Virus genome (UHGV): UHGV-0300374
Reading direction: 5' to 3' (one strand)
Origin: a virus
Length of the DNA stretch: 64,000 bases
A program made the translations under genes and the position numbers. Positions 25,487 to 35,245 of this stretch are shown piece by piece. The notes under the pieces were generated by a model, which ran no database searches, had not been told where the DNA came from, and was given only the letters and a program-made list of their open reading frames with translations. Every line of letters starts with the position of its first letter. The stretch's first letter is position 1.

Positions 25487-25994
25487 TATAAGTTGCCCTA
25501 TAAACTGTCTCGAACTTCAACAGGAGAGATATTGCCAAATCTGTATAGTTGTTGTCAAGCACATCTGGCATATTATTTTTGATATATTTCTCTTGCTCTT
25601 CATAGGTCATCTTAGGGATGCTTAGAAGGATATCTCCTTGCTTCTGGTTATCAGCTTTAGTTTGGATAAACCAGTTCGCACAGTGATGTTCACCACCTTT
25701 TGTAACAGGCTTGTGGTGGCCTAGTGTAAATGTTTGCTTACCCGTATACCTGCAAAGATTGTTCAGTGTTGCAATGGTGTTCTTCACAACACACCATTCA
25801 TACAGGTTATCTATTGTGTAGTATGGGTAATAACGGACAAGTGCTCTTTCACGGAAGTTATCATGATTCCAAAGAACCATGTGATTAGAATTTGAAGGGT
25901 CATATTTGTGGGAGTCTATAAACTCTTGACGCTCATCAAAGCTGAGTCTTAGAACTGACATTGCAACCGAACGTTTCAGGTTTGACAGGTACAT
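25479..25994 (-). CDS. HNH nuclease-domain protein (possible homing endonuclease)
   Basis: LGHHKPVTKGGEHHCANWFIQTKADNQKQG fits the HNH core pattern HH-x-P-x-KGG-...-N-...-N-x-x-K. Confidence 0.45.
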   Translation of the reverse strand: MYLSNLKRSVAMSVLRLSFDERQEFIDSHKYDPSNSNHMVLWNHDNFRERALVRYYPYYTIDNLYEWCVVKNTIATLNNLCRYTGKQTFTLGHHKPVTKGGEHHCANWFIQTKADNQKQGDILLSIPKMTYEEQEKYIKNNMPDVLDNNYTDLAISLLLKFETVYRATYNG

Positions 25995-26045
25995 TTTACC
26001 TCCAAAATAAAAAGGGAACCTTTACAGTTCCCCTATAGTATCTGT

Positions 26046-26366
26046 TTACTGAGCTACTTTCAAGATGCTTGTGAATGAAATCTCACTCTCATCCATAAAC
26101 TCTTTTGCTTCTCCAGTAACTTTCACAAAGTTATCTAGGCAGATAATCTTCTTATCTTTCTTGCTGTAGGTTAGCTTAACCTTTTCAATATCTTTCTTAG
26201 AGCTTTTCTCTTCATTAAAGAGCTTCACAGCTTCTTTAAATGGTAGGTATGAACCATCATCGTCGCTAATAAAACCTGTGCCGCAATAGTAGAAGTTATA
26301 TTCTTTAGCCATAAACTGGCACAGTACGAAAATCTGTAATTTGCGAGTGTTATAAACTTTGCTCAT
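26046..26366 (-). CDS. hypothetical protein
   Basis: 106-aa ORF. Confidence 0.4.
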   Translation of the reverse strand: MSKVYNTRKLQIFVLCQFMAKEYNFYYCGTGFISDDDGSYLPFKEAVKLFNEEKSSKKDIEKVKLTYSKKDKKIICLDNFVKVTGEAKEFMDESEISFTSILKVAQ

Positions 26367-26368
26367 GA

Positions 26369-26626
26369 TTATTTAGCCTTCTTATTACGTTTACGGTTAC
26401 GAGCTTTCTTAGCTGCTCGTTTAATAGCTGCTGCACCAGACGGACGGTGGGCTTGTTTCTTACCACCTTTACCACGGCCTACATAGATACTTTTCATAAT
26501 CTCATTAGCCAGCTTCTCATCCATCTTGAAGTTCTGCATAAGGTGAGTCACATCAACACCAGTGAGCATACCTAATGAAGCTAGTGCGGCTTTTACTTTT
26601 GATTTAAAACTATTCCAGAGTCCCAT
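26369..26626 (-). CDS. hypothetical small basic protein (Lys/Arg-rich C-terminus)
   Basis: 85-aa ORF ending KRAAKKARNRKRNKKAK. Confidence 0.4.
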   Translation of the reverse strand: MGLWNSFKSKVKAALASLGMLTGVDVTHLMQNFKMDEKLANEIMKSIYVGRGKGGKKQAHRPSGAAAIKRAAKKARNRKRNKKAK

Positions 26627-26750
26627 TTCATATCTCTCTCAATCTTTTCACAAAATGTTTTAAGTTCTTTTTCAGTGACACAAACGGTTAAGTTTGTTCT
26701 GTAGAACATTGTAAAGTGCCCTTTACCAATAACCTACTTTACGACGAGAC

Positions 26751-27236
26751 TTACTCGGCTCTCCATTGACAATCGCCTTGCCACCCATACTCTTTTCTCC
26801 AGAGGTTTTGGTTATCAGAACCACGATATGGTTTAACTGTTGGTTTAGATGAATCATACTTACCATCAATCACCACGTCAACATATTTCATTACATCTAG
26901 GTGAATTTTTTCGTGTAACTGAAAACCTGTCCAGAGCCAGATAGATTTTTCTGGGTAAACGGTTTTAATACGTTTGCATATGTTGGTAACCTCTTGAATG
27001 TTTCTATCATCCAGAGGTTCTCCACCAAGTATTGACAGCCCACTGATGGCATTATCATCCATTAACTTAATGATGCCATAAAGGTTTGCATAAGTGAACT
27101 CTTTACCAGCATTAAACTTCCAAGATTCCTTATTAAAGCAACCTTCACAGTGATGCTTACAACCAGCTACGAAGAGGCTTACACGAACCCCTTCACCATT
27201 AGCTGTGTCAAATGGTCGAATCTCCATGTAATTCAT
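26751..27236 (-). CDS. nrdG: anaerobic ribonucleotide reductase activating protein (radical SAM)
   Basis: CKHHCEGC radical-SAM cysteine cluster near the N-terminus; size and location beside nrdD. Confidence 0.8.
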   Translation of the reverse strand: MNYMEIRPFDTANGEGVRVSLFVAGCKHHCEGCFNKESWKFNAGKEFTYANLYGIIKLMDDNAISGLSILGGEPLDDRNIQEVTNICKRIKTVYPEKSIWLWTGFQLHEKIHLDVMKYVDVVIDGKYDSSKPTVKPYRGSDNQNLWRKEYGWQGDCQWRAE

Positions 27237-27245
27237 CTAGTTACC

Positions 27246-27545
27246 TCACCAATACATATAAGTGTTCTTAGCGGATTTCTTTGGAGACTTGCTATCAATA
27301 TCAAAATCTTCATCTAAGAAGGATGTCTTAGAAAGCTGCCTTATTTGTGTTCTTGTAAGACGTTTAGTGGCCTTCTTAATCTCTCTACAAGGCTGGCTTG
27401 TGAAGTCGTAAGAGCCACCTTTTCTGGACATCATATCAGAATGGAAGTAGACATCTGAAGCATTTTCTCTGTTACGTACCTCATTTCTCCACTCATAGAG
27501 TCCATGAACGTTCTTTAAACCTTTTCTTCGAATTGTTTTACTCAT
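27246..27545 (-). CDS. hypothetical protein
   Basis: 99-aa ORF. Confidence 0.4.
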   Translation of the reverse strand: MSKTIRRKGLKNVHGLYEWRNEVRNRENASDVYFHSDMMSRKGGSYDFTSQPCREIKKATKRLTRTQIRQLSKTSFLDEDFDIDSKSPKKSAKNTYMYW

Positions 27546-27937
27546 TCAAACACCACCTGACAAGGAACCTGTTTAGTAATAAATTCTTCACAGTGCTCTT
27601 TAATGAAGTTTTGTAATGGTACACAATCTTGTGCGCAAGTCATTAACATAATGTACTCTGGATTCATGATGTTTTCAAGACTGTAGAAGACAACATCATC
27701 AGATAGTTCGTGACCATCTTCTTCAGACCAAGTTCCAGTGACTACAGCTAATTTGTCAAGCAATTCATTAGGCAATGCTACACCATCTTCTACAGAATCA
27801 CTTAGAACATTGTCGCCGATATACAATGTGAAGACCGTGTGGAATGTTGAGTATCTTACGTGATTCTTTTCACAAGAGCCACACTCTGAGGCATAATCTT
27901 TAATCCACTCTAACTGTTTTTGGCTCAACTTAATCAT
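27542..27937 (-). CDS. hypothetical protein
   Basis: 131-aa ORF. Confidence 0.4.
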   Translation of the reverse strand: MIKLSQKQLEWIKDYASECGSCEKNHVRYSTFHTVFTLYIGDNVLSDSVEDGVALPNELLDKLAVVTGTWSEEDGHELSDDVVFYSLENIMNPEYIMLMTCAQDCVPLQNFIKEHCEEFITKQVPCQVVFE

Positions 27938-28134
27938 AATTTCACCTTAGTTGGTAATGCACTGAATGCTATGACTAACCCTAAAAATGGTTTGAAGCAT
28001 GACCATAAATCCATCTGACCATGATATGAGAAACTCCATTGTGGGTCTGAAAAACCCCATACCATAACACTAACCCCAAAGAAGAAGACTAGAATATGGA
28101 GTATGTATATCAACGCTTTTGATATCTTAAACAT
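27934..28134 (-). CDS. hypothetical small membrane protein
   Basis: 66-aa ORF with hydrophobic segments. Confidence 0.3.
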   Translation of the reverse strand: MFKISKALIYILHILVFFFGVSVMVWGFSDPQWSFSYHGQMDLWSCFKPFLGLVIAFSALPTKVKL

Positions 28135-28287
28135 TTTAACTTACCTTTCAATTCACAATAAGAGAGTCCTAAAAAGAACCCTAGTAAGACAGAACCTATG
28201 AACAACCCAATAATACTCTCTGCCATATCTAACATCCAATAAAAAGGTGATGTAAGCCTATCAAGACTCACACCACCATGTCAAGTT

Positions 28288-30432
28288 TTACATAGAAACT
28301 CTGTCACGAATCTCAGCGATTTTTGCATCGTTCATTCGGGATTCACCTTTAATCTTAGTCCATCCAAGATACCCACACACCCTGTTAATCACAGAGATAT
28401 CATGTGAGTGACAAACTTCACATTCTTCAACATCAGCCTTTGGCCTGTTACCACAATGTTCACAGATTGCTAAGTCAAAGTTAAGTCCCTGATAGAAACC
28501 TTTCAACATTCCTCTTGTAATACAGCTCTTAAGTGCTGATAAGTTTTCTGGGTTAGCTACTCTTACATACTGGATTCTACCGCCTCTACAGATATGGAAG
28601 AATGGCTCTTCTAAGTCCTGCTTCTCAAATGGTGAGATGTCTGCTGCAACATTCATATGGAAACTGTTTGTAAAGTATTCCTTATCGGAAACACCTTTGA
28701 TAACCCCAAACATATCTCTGAACTGTTTTAGCTGAGTCCCACATAGTGATTCTGCTGGAGTACCATAGACGGCATATAAGAAGCCATCTTCATTTTTAAA
28801 CTCTTCGGTTTTCATGTTAATGTATGCCAGAACATCATATGCAAAACTATAGCTTCCAACTTCATGAAGTCGTTTACCTTCAGCAAGAACAGACAACTCA
28901 TCAAGCGCAGTAACACCAAAAGAAGCTGTGAAGGACTTCACAATATCCCAACCAACCTTGTCAGTAGGTTTCTTAGTTCCTTTGTACAGACCACCTTGTG
29001 TGAACGCAAGAGGGTTAGAACTTGCTGGCATATTAGCAATCATTTCGTAGCGTTTCTTGTGGAAGTTGCGAATCATCTCTAGGTACTTATCAAGCTCTTT
29101 CCAGAAATCTAAACCATTCTCTTTAGAATACTGGTAAATCATTGGTAAGTTCAAAGATACAGCACCAATATTAGCACGACCAACGTAGAACTCTTCTCCA
29201 TTCTCGTTAAGATATGGGGATAAGAAAGCTCTGCAACCCATCGGTGAAATTACCTTGCCAGAACGCTCAAAAGCTTCTGCTACAGCACCATGACCAGATA
29301 CACTTAAGAAATCTGGATACATCGCTTTAGAGCAACACTCAATAGCTTTGCTGTACAGTTGGCCTTGACAGATATTCTCATCGTGTCTCTTCTGGTCATG
29401 AATATAAACCAGTTTAGGGAATACAACAGGCTTCTTACTCTTACCTTGTCCATTCATGCGAACATCAAGAATGGTGTTTGCAATCATGTATTGCAGTCGG
29501 TTGTCTTCATTAGACATATCTGAGTCAAGTAATCCAAATGTCAAAGTTGTAAATGCAAAATCACCACGGCTACAAGGTACAGTATTTAGTTTCATTTCGA
29601 GTGACTGGAAACCCTGAGTTAATTCAAGCTGTAGCTGCTCCATGACATAATTGTGGTAATGTTCTTTAGGAATACCATAAGATGCTGCTTTCTCAGCATG
29701 ATAGCGTAGAGACTTCTTAGCATACGGCACAAGTACCTTATCAATCTCTGCTAAAGTAAAACCACCAAATTGCTGTGCAGTTGCTGAAAGAACTACGTCA
29801 CCAATAACCTGTAAGGCCGACAGCACAGACTTCGGTTCACAATATTCGATGCCAGACATTTCAAAGCCACCTTTCAGGACTTTACCAATGTCAAACAGGC
29901 AACAGTTGATACCACCAAAAATTAGGTCTCTTAAATCATGGATATAGATAAACCCTTTTTCAATGGCTTCAAGTTCCTCTGGTGTTAAATGGTACTGTTT
30001 AAAGATTTCTTTAGTCAGATAACCACGAATAATTGAACCTTTTGTAGAAATTAAACTGCTGTCAAAGTTAGCATTCTCTCTGTCACCTAAGAAGAGTGTA
30101 TCTCTGGTCTTCTGGTAGAGTTCATCCCAATTTTGAGCAACTTCTTTACGGTAATTTCTATATGTTGAGTAAGACTCATAGATTTCGTGATTGACTTCTG
30201 CCAAAGCACCCTCAACAATACTGTGAATATCATTTACCGAAATTAGCAAATTATTCTGCTTAGTGGACTTTACCAGAATCCTCATAAATGCTGACTCAAG
30301 AGCTTGAGTAACATCTGGTGGAAGCTCTTTATAACCAACTCTGTTAGCTGACTTTGTGACTGCTGCTAAAACTTTTTTGATATCAGGTTCTTCAAGTGAG
30401 CCATTCTTTTTAATAATCTGTACTTTGTTCAT
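28288..30432 (-). CDS. nrdD: anaerobic ribonucleoside-triphosphate reductase (class III)
   Basis: 714 aa; C-terminal Zn-ribbon CEHCG...CEVCHSH and glycyl-radical motif RVCGYLG. Confidence 0.9.
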   Translation of the reverse strand: MNKVQIIKKNGSLEEPDIKKVLAAVTKSANRVGYKELPPDVTQALESAFMRILVKSTKQNNLLISVNDIHSIVEGALAEVNHEIYESYSTYRNYRKEVAQNWDELYQKTRDTLFLGDRENANFDSSLISTKGSIIRGYLTKEIFKQYHLTPEELEAIEKGFIYIHDLRDLIFGGINCCLFDIGKVLKGGFEMSGIEYCEPKSVLSALQVIGDVVLSATAQQFGGFTLAEIDKVLVPYAKKSLRYHAEKAASYGIPKEHYHNYVMEQLQLELTQGFQSLEMKLNTVPCSRGDFAFTTLTFGLLDSDMSNEDNRLQYMIANTILDVRMNGQGKSKKPVVFPKLVYIHDQKRHDENICQGQLYSKAIECCSKAMYPDFLSVSGHGAVAEAFERSGKVISPMGCRAFLSPYLNENGEEFYVGRANIGAVSLNLPMIYQYSKENGLDFWKELDKYLEMIRNFHKKRYEMIANMPASSNPLAFTQGGLYKGTKKPTDKVGWDIVKSFTASFGVTALDELSVLAEGKRLHEVGSYSFAYDVLAYINMKTEEFKNEDGFLYAVYGTPAESLCGTQLKQFRDMFGVIKGVSDKEYFTNSFHMNVAADISPFEKQDLEEPFFHICRGGRIQYVRVANPENLSALKSCITRGMLKGFYQGLNFDLAICEHCGNRPKADVEECEVCHSHDISVINRVCGYLGWTKIKGESRMNDAKIAEIRDRVSM

Positions 30433-30450
30433 TATTGCCCCTTTACATGC

Positions 30451-30472
30451 TAAAAAGGTCTCCGAAGAGACC
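30451..30472 (-). terminator. rho-independent terminator
   Basis: Minus-strand GGTCTC-TTCG-GAGACC followed by TTTTTA. Confidence 0.5.
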
Positions 30473-30480
30473 CTTTCATT

Positions 30481-30687
30481 TTAAATCTTTTTAGAAAACT
30501 TTGAAACGAGTTTTCTTAGTTTTTCAGTGATGCCTAGCTGTATCTCTAATATTTCAAAGATAACCCATAGTAACATGGCTCCAAACAATGAACCTTGTTC
30601 AAAATCAGTAAATAGGTTAACAACAAGCATACCAATCACAATAGCTGGTGCATCAACAACCAAACCTTCCCAAAGGCGTTTAAGCAT
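30481..30687 (-). CDS. hypothetical small membrane protein
   Basis: 68-aa hydrophobic ORF. Confidence 0.35.
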   Translation of the reverse strand: MLKRLWEGLVVDAPAIVIGMLVVNLFTDFEQGSLFGAMLLWVIFEILEIQLGITEKLRKLVSKFSKKI

Positions 30688-30922
30688 TATTCACCTCTGC
30701 CATAAAATTCTGTAGCGTTCCAACAGGTTTTAGGTTTTGACCGTCAGTTTTCATGATGAATGGCATCTGACGAACTGGCATCTGTGCAATATCCATCAGG
30801 TCTGGCAGTTCATAATCCTGCCCTAACATTCTCACAACATGGTCAATACCACGAGCTTTCGCAAAATTCTTTGCAGTCTCACACTGAGGGCATCCAGTTT
30901 TGGAGTAAATTACATAAGTCAT
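30680..30922 (-). CDS. nrdC: glutaredoxin/NrdH-like redoxin (thioredoxin fold)
   Basis: 80 aa with CPQC active-site motif near the N-terminus, adjacent to nrdB. Confidence 0.6.
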   Translation of the reverse strand: MTYVIYSKTGCPQCETAKNFAKARGIDHVVRMLGQDYELPDLMDIAQMPVRQMPFIMKTDGQNLKPVGTLQNFMAEVNNA

Positions 30923-32055
30923 TAAGGAACCTCTAAAAATCCACTATTCAAATCATCTACAACAGTATTCAATAAATACGCACCGTTCTGTTGCTCCTGA
31001 TTAGCATTCTGCTCTTTATCAATTTCCATCTTCTTAATCATATACTTCAAAGGTGGTTCTTTAGGAGCTACAAAATCTCTGGGAATGCCAAACATATCAT
31101 ACAGTGGGGCAGCATTATAGTAAACCCACTCATGAAGAAGCTTTGTATTTAACCCAACTACAGCACGTCCTTCGGAGAAGATATAATACGACCATTTCTC
31201 TTCACTTTCAACTACTTCATCTAAGATTACTTTAATCTCTGGAAGAATTTGTTGGAAAGCTTTTTGCCACTCATCATCTCTTAAAGTTTCTTTTAAAACT
31301 TCAATATCAATTTTAGTGTGAAGGATTTCGTCAAGCATAATTTTCTGGACAGCTTGAGCAATACCCTGAAATTTATCTTGAGCATCAAGTGCAAAAGTAC
31401 ATGCAAAGGATGCCATAAAAGATATACCTTCAAGTGCAGTCACTGCAAACAACCCTTTTAGAATCACTTTATGGAAGTGTAAAGGGTCTTTGTCCAGAAG
31501 TGAGTCACGCACATAACTCAGACGATAGTTTATACCTTCATCCAGTAATTCTTCAAGAACACGATTCACAGTTTTTAATCGGTCTTGCACAGCAACATTC
31601 TGGTTAATCTCATCTAAGATTGTTTCAGGGTTTTTAATACATTGTCTTACAATCTCTGAGTAAGTAAGAGCATGTAGGTTTTCAATCTCAGATTGCTTCA
31701 TAATTGCAGTTGCATAGATGTCATCAGAGATAAAGGGTGCAAAGGCAAATGCCAAGCTCTTAGCAACTTGAGTGTCTGCTTCCCATTGCCACTTAAGAAT
31801 CTCAAGCATTACACCTGACATTGATGCTGGGACACTCTCAAAATCAAGACGTGATTGTTCAAAAGGGAACTCATCTTCTGACCAGTCTTGTGCTTTTTGT
31901 TGTTTATAAAGTTCAAAGATTTTTGGGTAGTGCTTATTGAGTGAGTCAAAAGTTTTTCTCTCACCACCTAAAAAGATTGGGTGCTGGTTAATCATAGCGT
32001 GATTTCTCCTTTCTTTATCATTTCTAAGGCTTGTTTTCTGTCTAAAACTTCCCAA
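30922..32055 (-). CDS. nrdB: ribonucleotide reductase small subunit (class I)
   Basis: 377 aa; R2-type helical ferritin-like protein by length and local similarity; sits directly beside nrdA. Confidence 0.8.
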   Translation of the reverse strand: MGSFRQKTSLRNDKERRNHAMINQHPIFLGGERKTFDSLNKHYPKIFELYKQQKAQDWSEDEFPFEQSRLDFESVPASMSGVMLEILKWQWEADTQVAKSLAFAFAPFISDDIYATAIMKQSEIENLHALTYSEIVRQCIKNPETILDEINQNVAVQDRLKTVNRVLEELLDEGINYRLSYVRDSLLDKDPLHFHKVILKGLFAVTALEGISFMASFACTFALDAQDKFQGIAQAVQKIMLDEILHTKIDIEVLKETLRDDEWQKAFQQILPEIKVILDEVVESEEKWSYYIFSEGRAVVGLNTKLLHEWVYYNAAPLYDMFGIPRDFVAPKEPPLKYMIKKMEIDKEQNANQEQQNGAYLLNTVVDDLNSGFLEVP

Positions 32056-32251
32056 TTCTCTTTGTTAAACATCTCATAAGGTCTTGCGTAGATTTTACCA
32101 TCTGATGTAGAGATGTAAGAGGCTCCAGTGACCCATAAGTCATCATTCTGCTTTATCATGATACCTGTGCTGCTCACATAGTATAATGTTTTGCGGGGTT
32201 TGTAGAGCAAGTATATTGGTCGCTCATGTTTTTCTATTAAATCTTTCATGG
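31992..32251 (-). CDS. hypothetical protein between nrdA and nrdB
   Basis: Trimmed to ATG 32251 (RBS GGAGAG); 86 aa; no nuclease motif recognised. Confidence 0.35.
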
Positions 32252-32304
32252 TCTCTCCAAAGTTATTTTTAGAGGGTCTTTTACGACCCTCATAGTTATT
32301 AAAA

Positions 32305-34539
32305 CTAAACACCACAACCCTCGCAATAAGCATCTTGCAGTGCAGATTTACCTACACCAATGCGACTGTTAAGGTAGTACATGGTTTTCATACCTACCGA
32401 GTTGGCATAAATCATGTACTTCAAAGCTTGAGCCAATGATACCTTCTTAGCTTTTGCGTAGTCAACATAGAAATCTGAAGAGATAGCTTGACCAGTGAAC
32501 TTTTGAACAATTGCATAACAATCAATCAGGTCAAAGGTGTCAATACCCCAAGCAATTTCATATACATACTTCAACTCTTCATAATCTGGAACAATAAACA
32601 GCACGTTACCAGTTGCAGACTTTTTAGTTAAAATAAAGTCACGAATTGGGTACAAGCCATTTGTCGTATTAGTTGCCAGTGAAGAACTCTCATTAGGCAT
32701 GTAAGCTTCTAATACAGAGTTTCGGATTCCACCATTTTCTTTGATACGTTGTGCTAAGTCATCCCAATCATATCGTAGTTTTGCATCATGCTTTTCATCA
32801 ATCTTCTTGTTAGCTGTCTTTGGAGGAACCCAGCCTTCAGGATACTTAGTGAACTTCATGTACTCTGGAACGCCACGCTCTTTAGCAAGTCTCAGAGAGG
32901 CTTCATGCAGATAGTAAGAGTGCATCTCTGCCAGTTCATGAAGTTTCGTTTTACCTGCTCGTGAAGAGTAGTTCACGTAGTTCTTCGCAAGGTAATGAGC
33001 CACATTTGTAAGGCCAATCCCAACAGAACGACGCTTCTGAACATGGTTGCGCATCGATGGATACGGATAATCCATAAGGTCAATAACGGAGTCAACCATT
33101 GCAAGAGCATAATAAGCAACGTCAGCGTATTCATCTTCTGAAATTCTCCCTGCAACCAAACTAGCTAGGAAGCAAAGAGCCACCTCACCATCCTCTTTCA
33201 CAGCATCGTCTCTGTAAAGGTCTGTCTCTTTCTCAAAACCATACACTGGCAACACAATTTCCATACAAAGATTTGACATCTTCAATGGTTCTTTAAATGG
33301 TGTATGTGTGTTTGCGTTGTTAGTGAAGAATGGATACACACGACCTGTAGCATAACGCTGTTGAATAAACAGCTTAGCAATTTCACGAGCCTTGACTCGT
33401 CTGTGCTTAACTCCTGAATGTACTGCGTGACCAACTGCCATAGCAAACTCATCAGCAGATGCTGTGTAGAACATGTCATAGAGTTTTGGTGCATCTTTGT
33501 AAGAGAATAGCAACCAATCTGTATCATACTGAACACACTGCCAGAAATAATCGTTTGTGCCGAATGAGTAGTCCATCTCATTAATACGTTTAGAAGGAAC
33601 CGTTGTAGGGTGCTTCAAACGCAGTAAATCTTCAATCTGCGGGTCTAGAGCAGTGTAGAAGTTATTAGCTGAACCACCACGACTCTTCTGTTTGTTTGCC
33701 TCTACAGATGAACGTACAAGCTTGTAATAAGGCAGTTTACCCATGTGTTCGATAGTGTTTTGACGGATACCATCACCAATAGTGCGAGTCTCCATCAGCA
33801 TACCGATACCAGCTTGCTTTGTAGTCATATCATAAGCAACCTTTGCAGCAATACCAAGTGATTCAGCAGTATCGTTTGCCTTAATCAAGCAGCATGACGC
33901 ATAACCTGATTTAGTTGCCCTCAAACCGTTTAAATAAGGCGTAGGAGCGTTAATCTTCAGGTCAGATAGGTAAGTGTACAGCTTGATAACATCTTGCAGT
34001 CTACGGTGCTTTGGTTGCTTCTCAAAGGCTTTCATAGCCATACCCATAAACATAAATTGTGGTGACTCAAAAAGTCTTCCCGTTTTAATATCACGGATAC
34101 CATACTTGTCTCTGAACTGTTTCAAGACTGCATAACCGTAAGAGATATCTTTTGAGTGCACGATGTAACCTTGCAGGTATTCAAGTTCTTCCTGTGAGTA
34201 ATCCATCTTCTCCCAAAGTCCTGCTCTCTCCATATTTTTAACGAAGGTAATCAGCGTAGGAACCTTAGTAAAGCCTCCAAAGGCTTCTTTGTAGATAATA
34301 CCCAAAAGCAGTCGTCCAGCCATATCTGAGTACTCTTGAGTTTGTTTATCAACACAAACATCAATCATGGCTTGGTGCATCTCTTTTGTAGTGCAACCCT
34401 CATAGACACGTTTCATAGCTTCCATAGTGACTTCTGACCAGATAATTCCACGTTTATCTGCCCATGATGCCCACTTATTCAGTCTTTCTGGGTCAAAGCT
34501 TACTACTGTACCATTTGATTTTTTAATTGTCTTAATCAT
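32305..34539 (-). CDS. nrdA: ribonucleotide reductase large subunit (class I)
   Basis: 744 aa; N-terminal ATP-cone-like region and C-terminal CEGCGV thiol pair; conserved RNR core segment ...NLCMEIVLP... Confidence 0.9.
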   Translation of the reverse strand: MIKTIKKSNGTVVSFDPERLNKWASWADKRGIIWSEVTMEAMKRVYEGCTTKEMHQAMIDVCVDKQTQEYSDMAGRLLLGIIYKEAFGGFTKVPTLITFVKNMERAGLWEKMDYSQEELEYLQGYIVHSKDISYGYAVLKQFRDKYGIRDIKTGRLFESPQFMFMGMAMKAFEKQPKHRRLQDVIKLYTYLSDLKINAPTPYLNGLRATKSGYASCCLIKANDTAESLGIAAKVAYDMTTKQAGIGMLMETRTIGDGIRQNTIEHMGKLPYYKLVRSSVEANKQKSRGGSANNFYTALDPQIEDLLRLKHPTTVPSKRINEMDYSFGTNDYFWQCVQYDTDWLLFSYKDAPKLYDMFYTASADEFAMAVGHAVHSGVKHRRVKAREIAKLFIQQRYATGRVYPFFTNNANTHTPFKEPLKMSNLCMEIVLPVYGFEKETDLYRDDAVKEDGEVALCFLASLVAGRISEDEYADVAYYALAMVDSVIDLMDYPYPSMRNHVQKRRSVGIGLTNVAHYLAKNYVNYSSRAGKTKLHELAEMHSYYLHEASLRLAKERGVPEYMKFTKYPEGWVPPKTANKKIDEKHDAKLRYDWDDLAQRIKENGGIRNSVLEAYMPNESSSLATNTTNGLYPIRDFILTKKSATGNVLFIVPDYEELKYVYEIAWGIDTFDLIDCYAIVQKFTGQAISSDFYVDYAKAKKVSLAQALKYMIYANSVGMKTMYYLNSRIGVGKSALQDAYCEGCGV

Positions 34540-34554
34540 TTTTGAATCCTACAG

Positions 34555-34579
34555 ATGAAAAGAGCCTCCGAAGAGGCTC
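34555..34579 (-). terminator. rho-independent terminator upstream of nrdA
   Basis: Minus-strand GAGCCTC-TTCG-GAGGCTC followed by TTTTCATCT. Confidence 0.5.
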
Positions 34580-34584
34580 CTAGT

Positions 34585-34920
34585 TTAAATCTTGAAAATT
34601 TGCTCATTCTGCCACATATCGTAAAACTTATCACTTACTTTTGTGACTGAAGAAGTGTGCATACAATTCAGGAGCCATGATGATGTATTATCATCCATAA
34701 TTGTTTCAAGTTTTTGTGTAACGTTCACATCCATGTCTGCAACAACGTAATTACCTCGCATCTTGCAAACAATCCTTCCAAACAAGATTGCACTTCTTCC
34801 TCTTCGGTCATCACAGTACATGACTGTGTCTCCGTGCTTGATATCTTGTCCGATACTGTCAACACCTAACTTAGCACCTGAGATAATGTCATCATAAGAT
34901 AGCTTTTTTGTTTTAGACAC
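34585..34920 (-). CDS. hypothetical protein
   Basis: 111-aa ORF. Confidence 0.4.
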   Translation of the reverse strand: MSKTKKLSYDDIISGAKLGVDSIGQDIKHGDTVMYCDDRRGRSAILFGRIVCKMRGNYVVADMDVNVTQKLETIMDDNTSSWLLNCMHTSSVTKVSDKFYDMWQNEQIFKI

Positions 34921-35245
34921 GGTATTTCTCCAAGTTTCTTTTTAGATATAACCAACCATAGTCAGTCCTTTCTACACCCATGAAGAGTGGAGCCATTACA
35001 ACTTTCCCAAAAGTATTTCTGTGTTGGCAGATTTCAAAAGAATACTCTTTCTCAATATCAATCCCATATTTGTACAGGACTGCTTTTAAAACTTGTTCAT
35101 TGTCCAGAAGTGTATCTGGAGTCTCACCATATTTTTCTAGTAACGGGTCATTCATAAACACCGTCATAGAAATATTGTAGTTTGAGAAGTGGCTCTTCTG
35201 AGCCACACCCTCTTTATTAATGTTCTGTGAATCCATTATAACCAA
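34913..35245 (-). CDS. hypothetical protein
   Basis: 110-aa ORF. Confidence 0.4.
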   Translation of the reverse strand: MVIMDSQNINKEGVAQKSHFSNYNISMTVFMNDPLLEKYGETPDTLLDNEQVLKAVLYKYGIDIEKEYSFEICQHRNTFGKVVMAPLFMGVERTDYGWLYLKRNLEKYRV

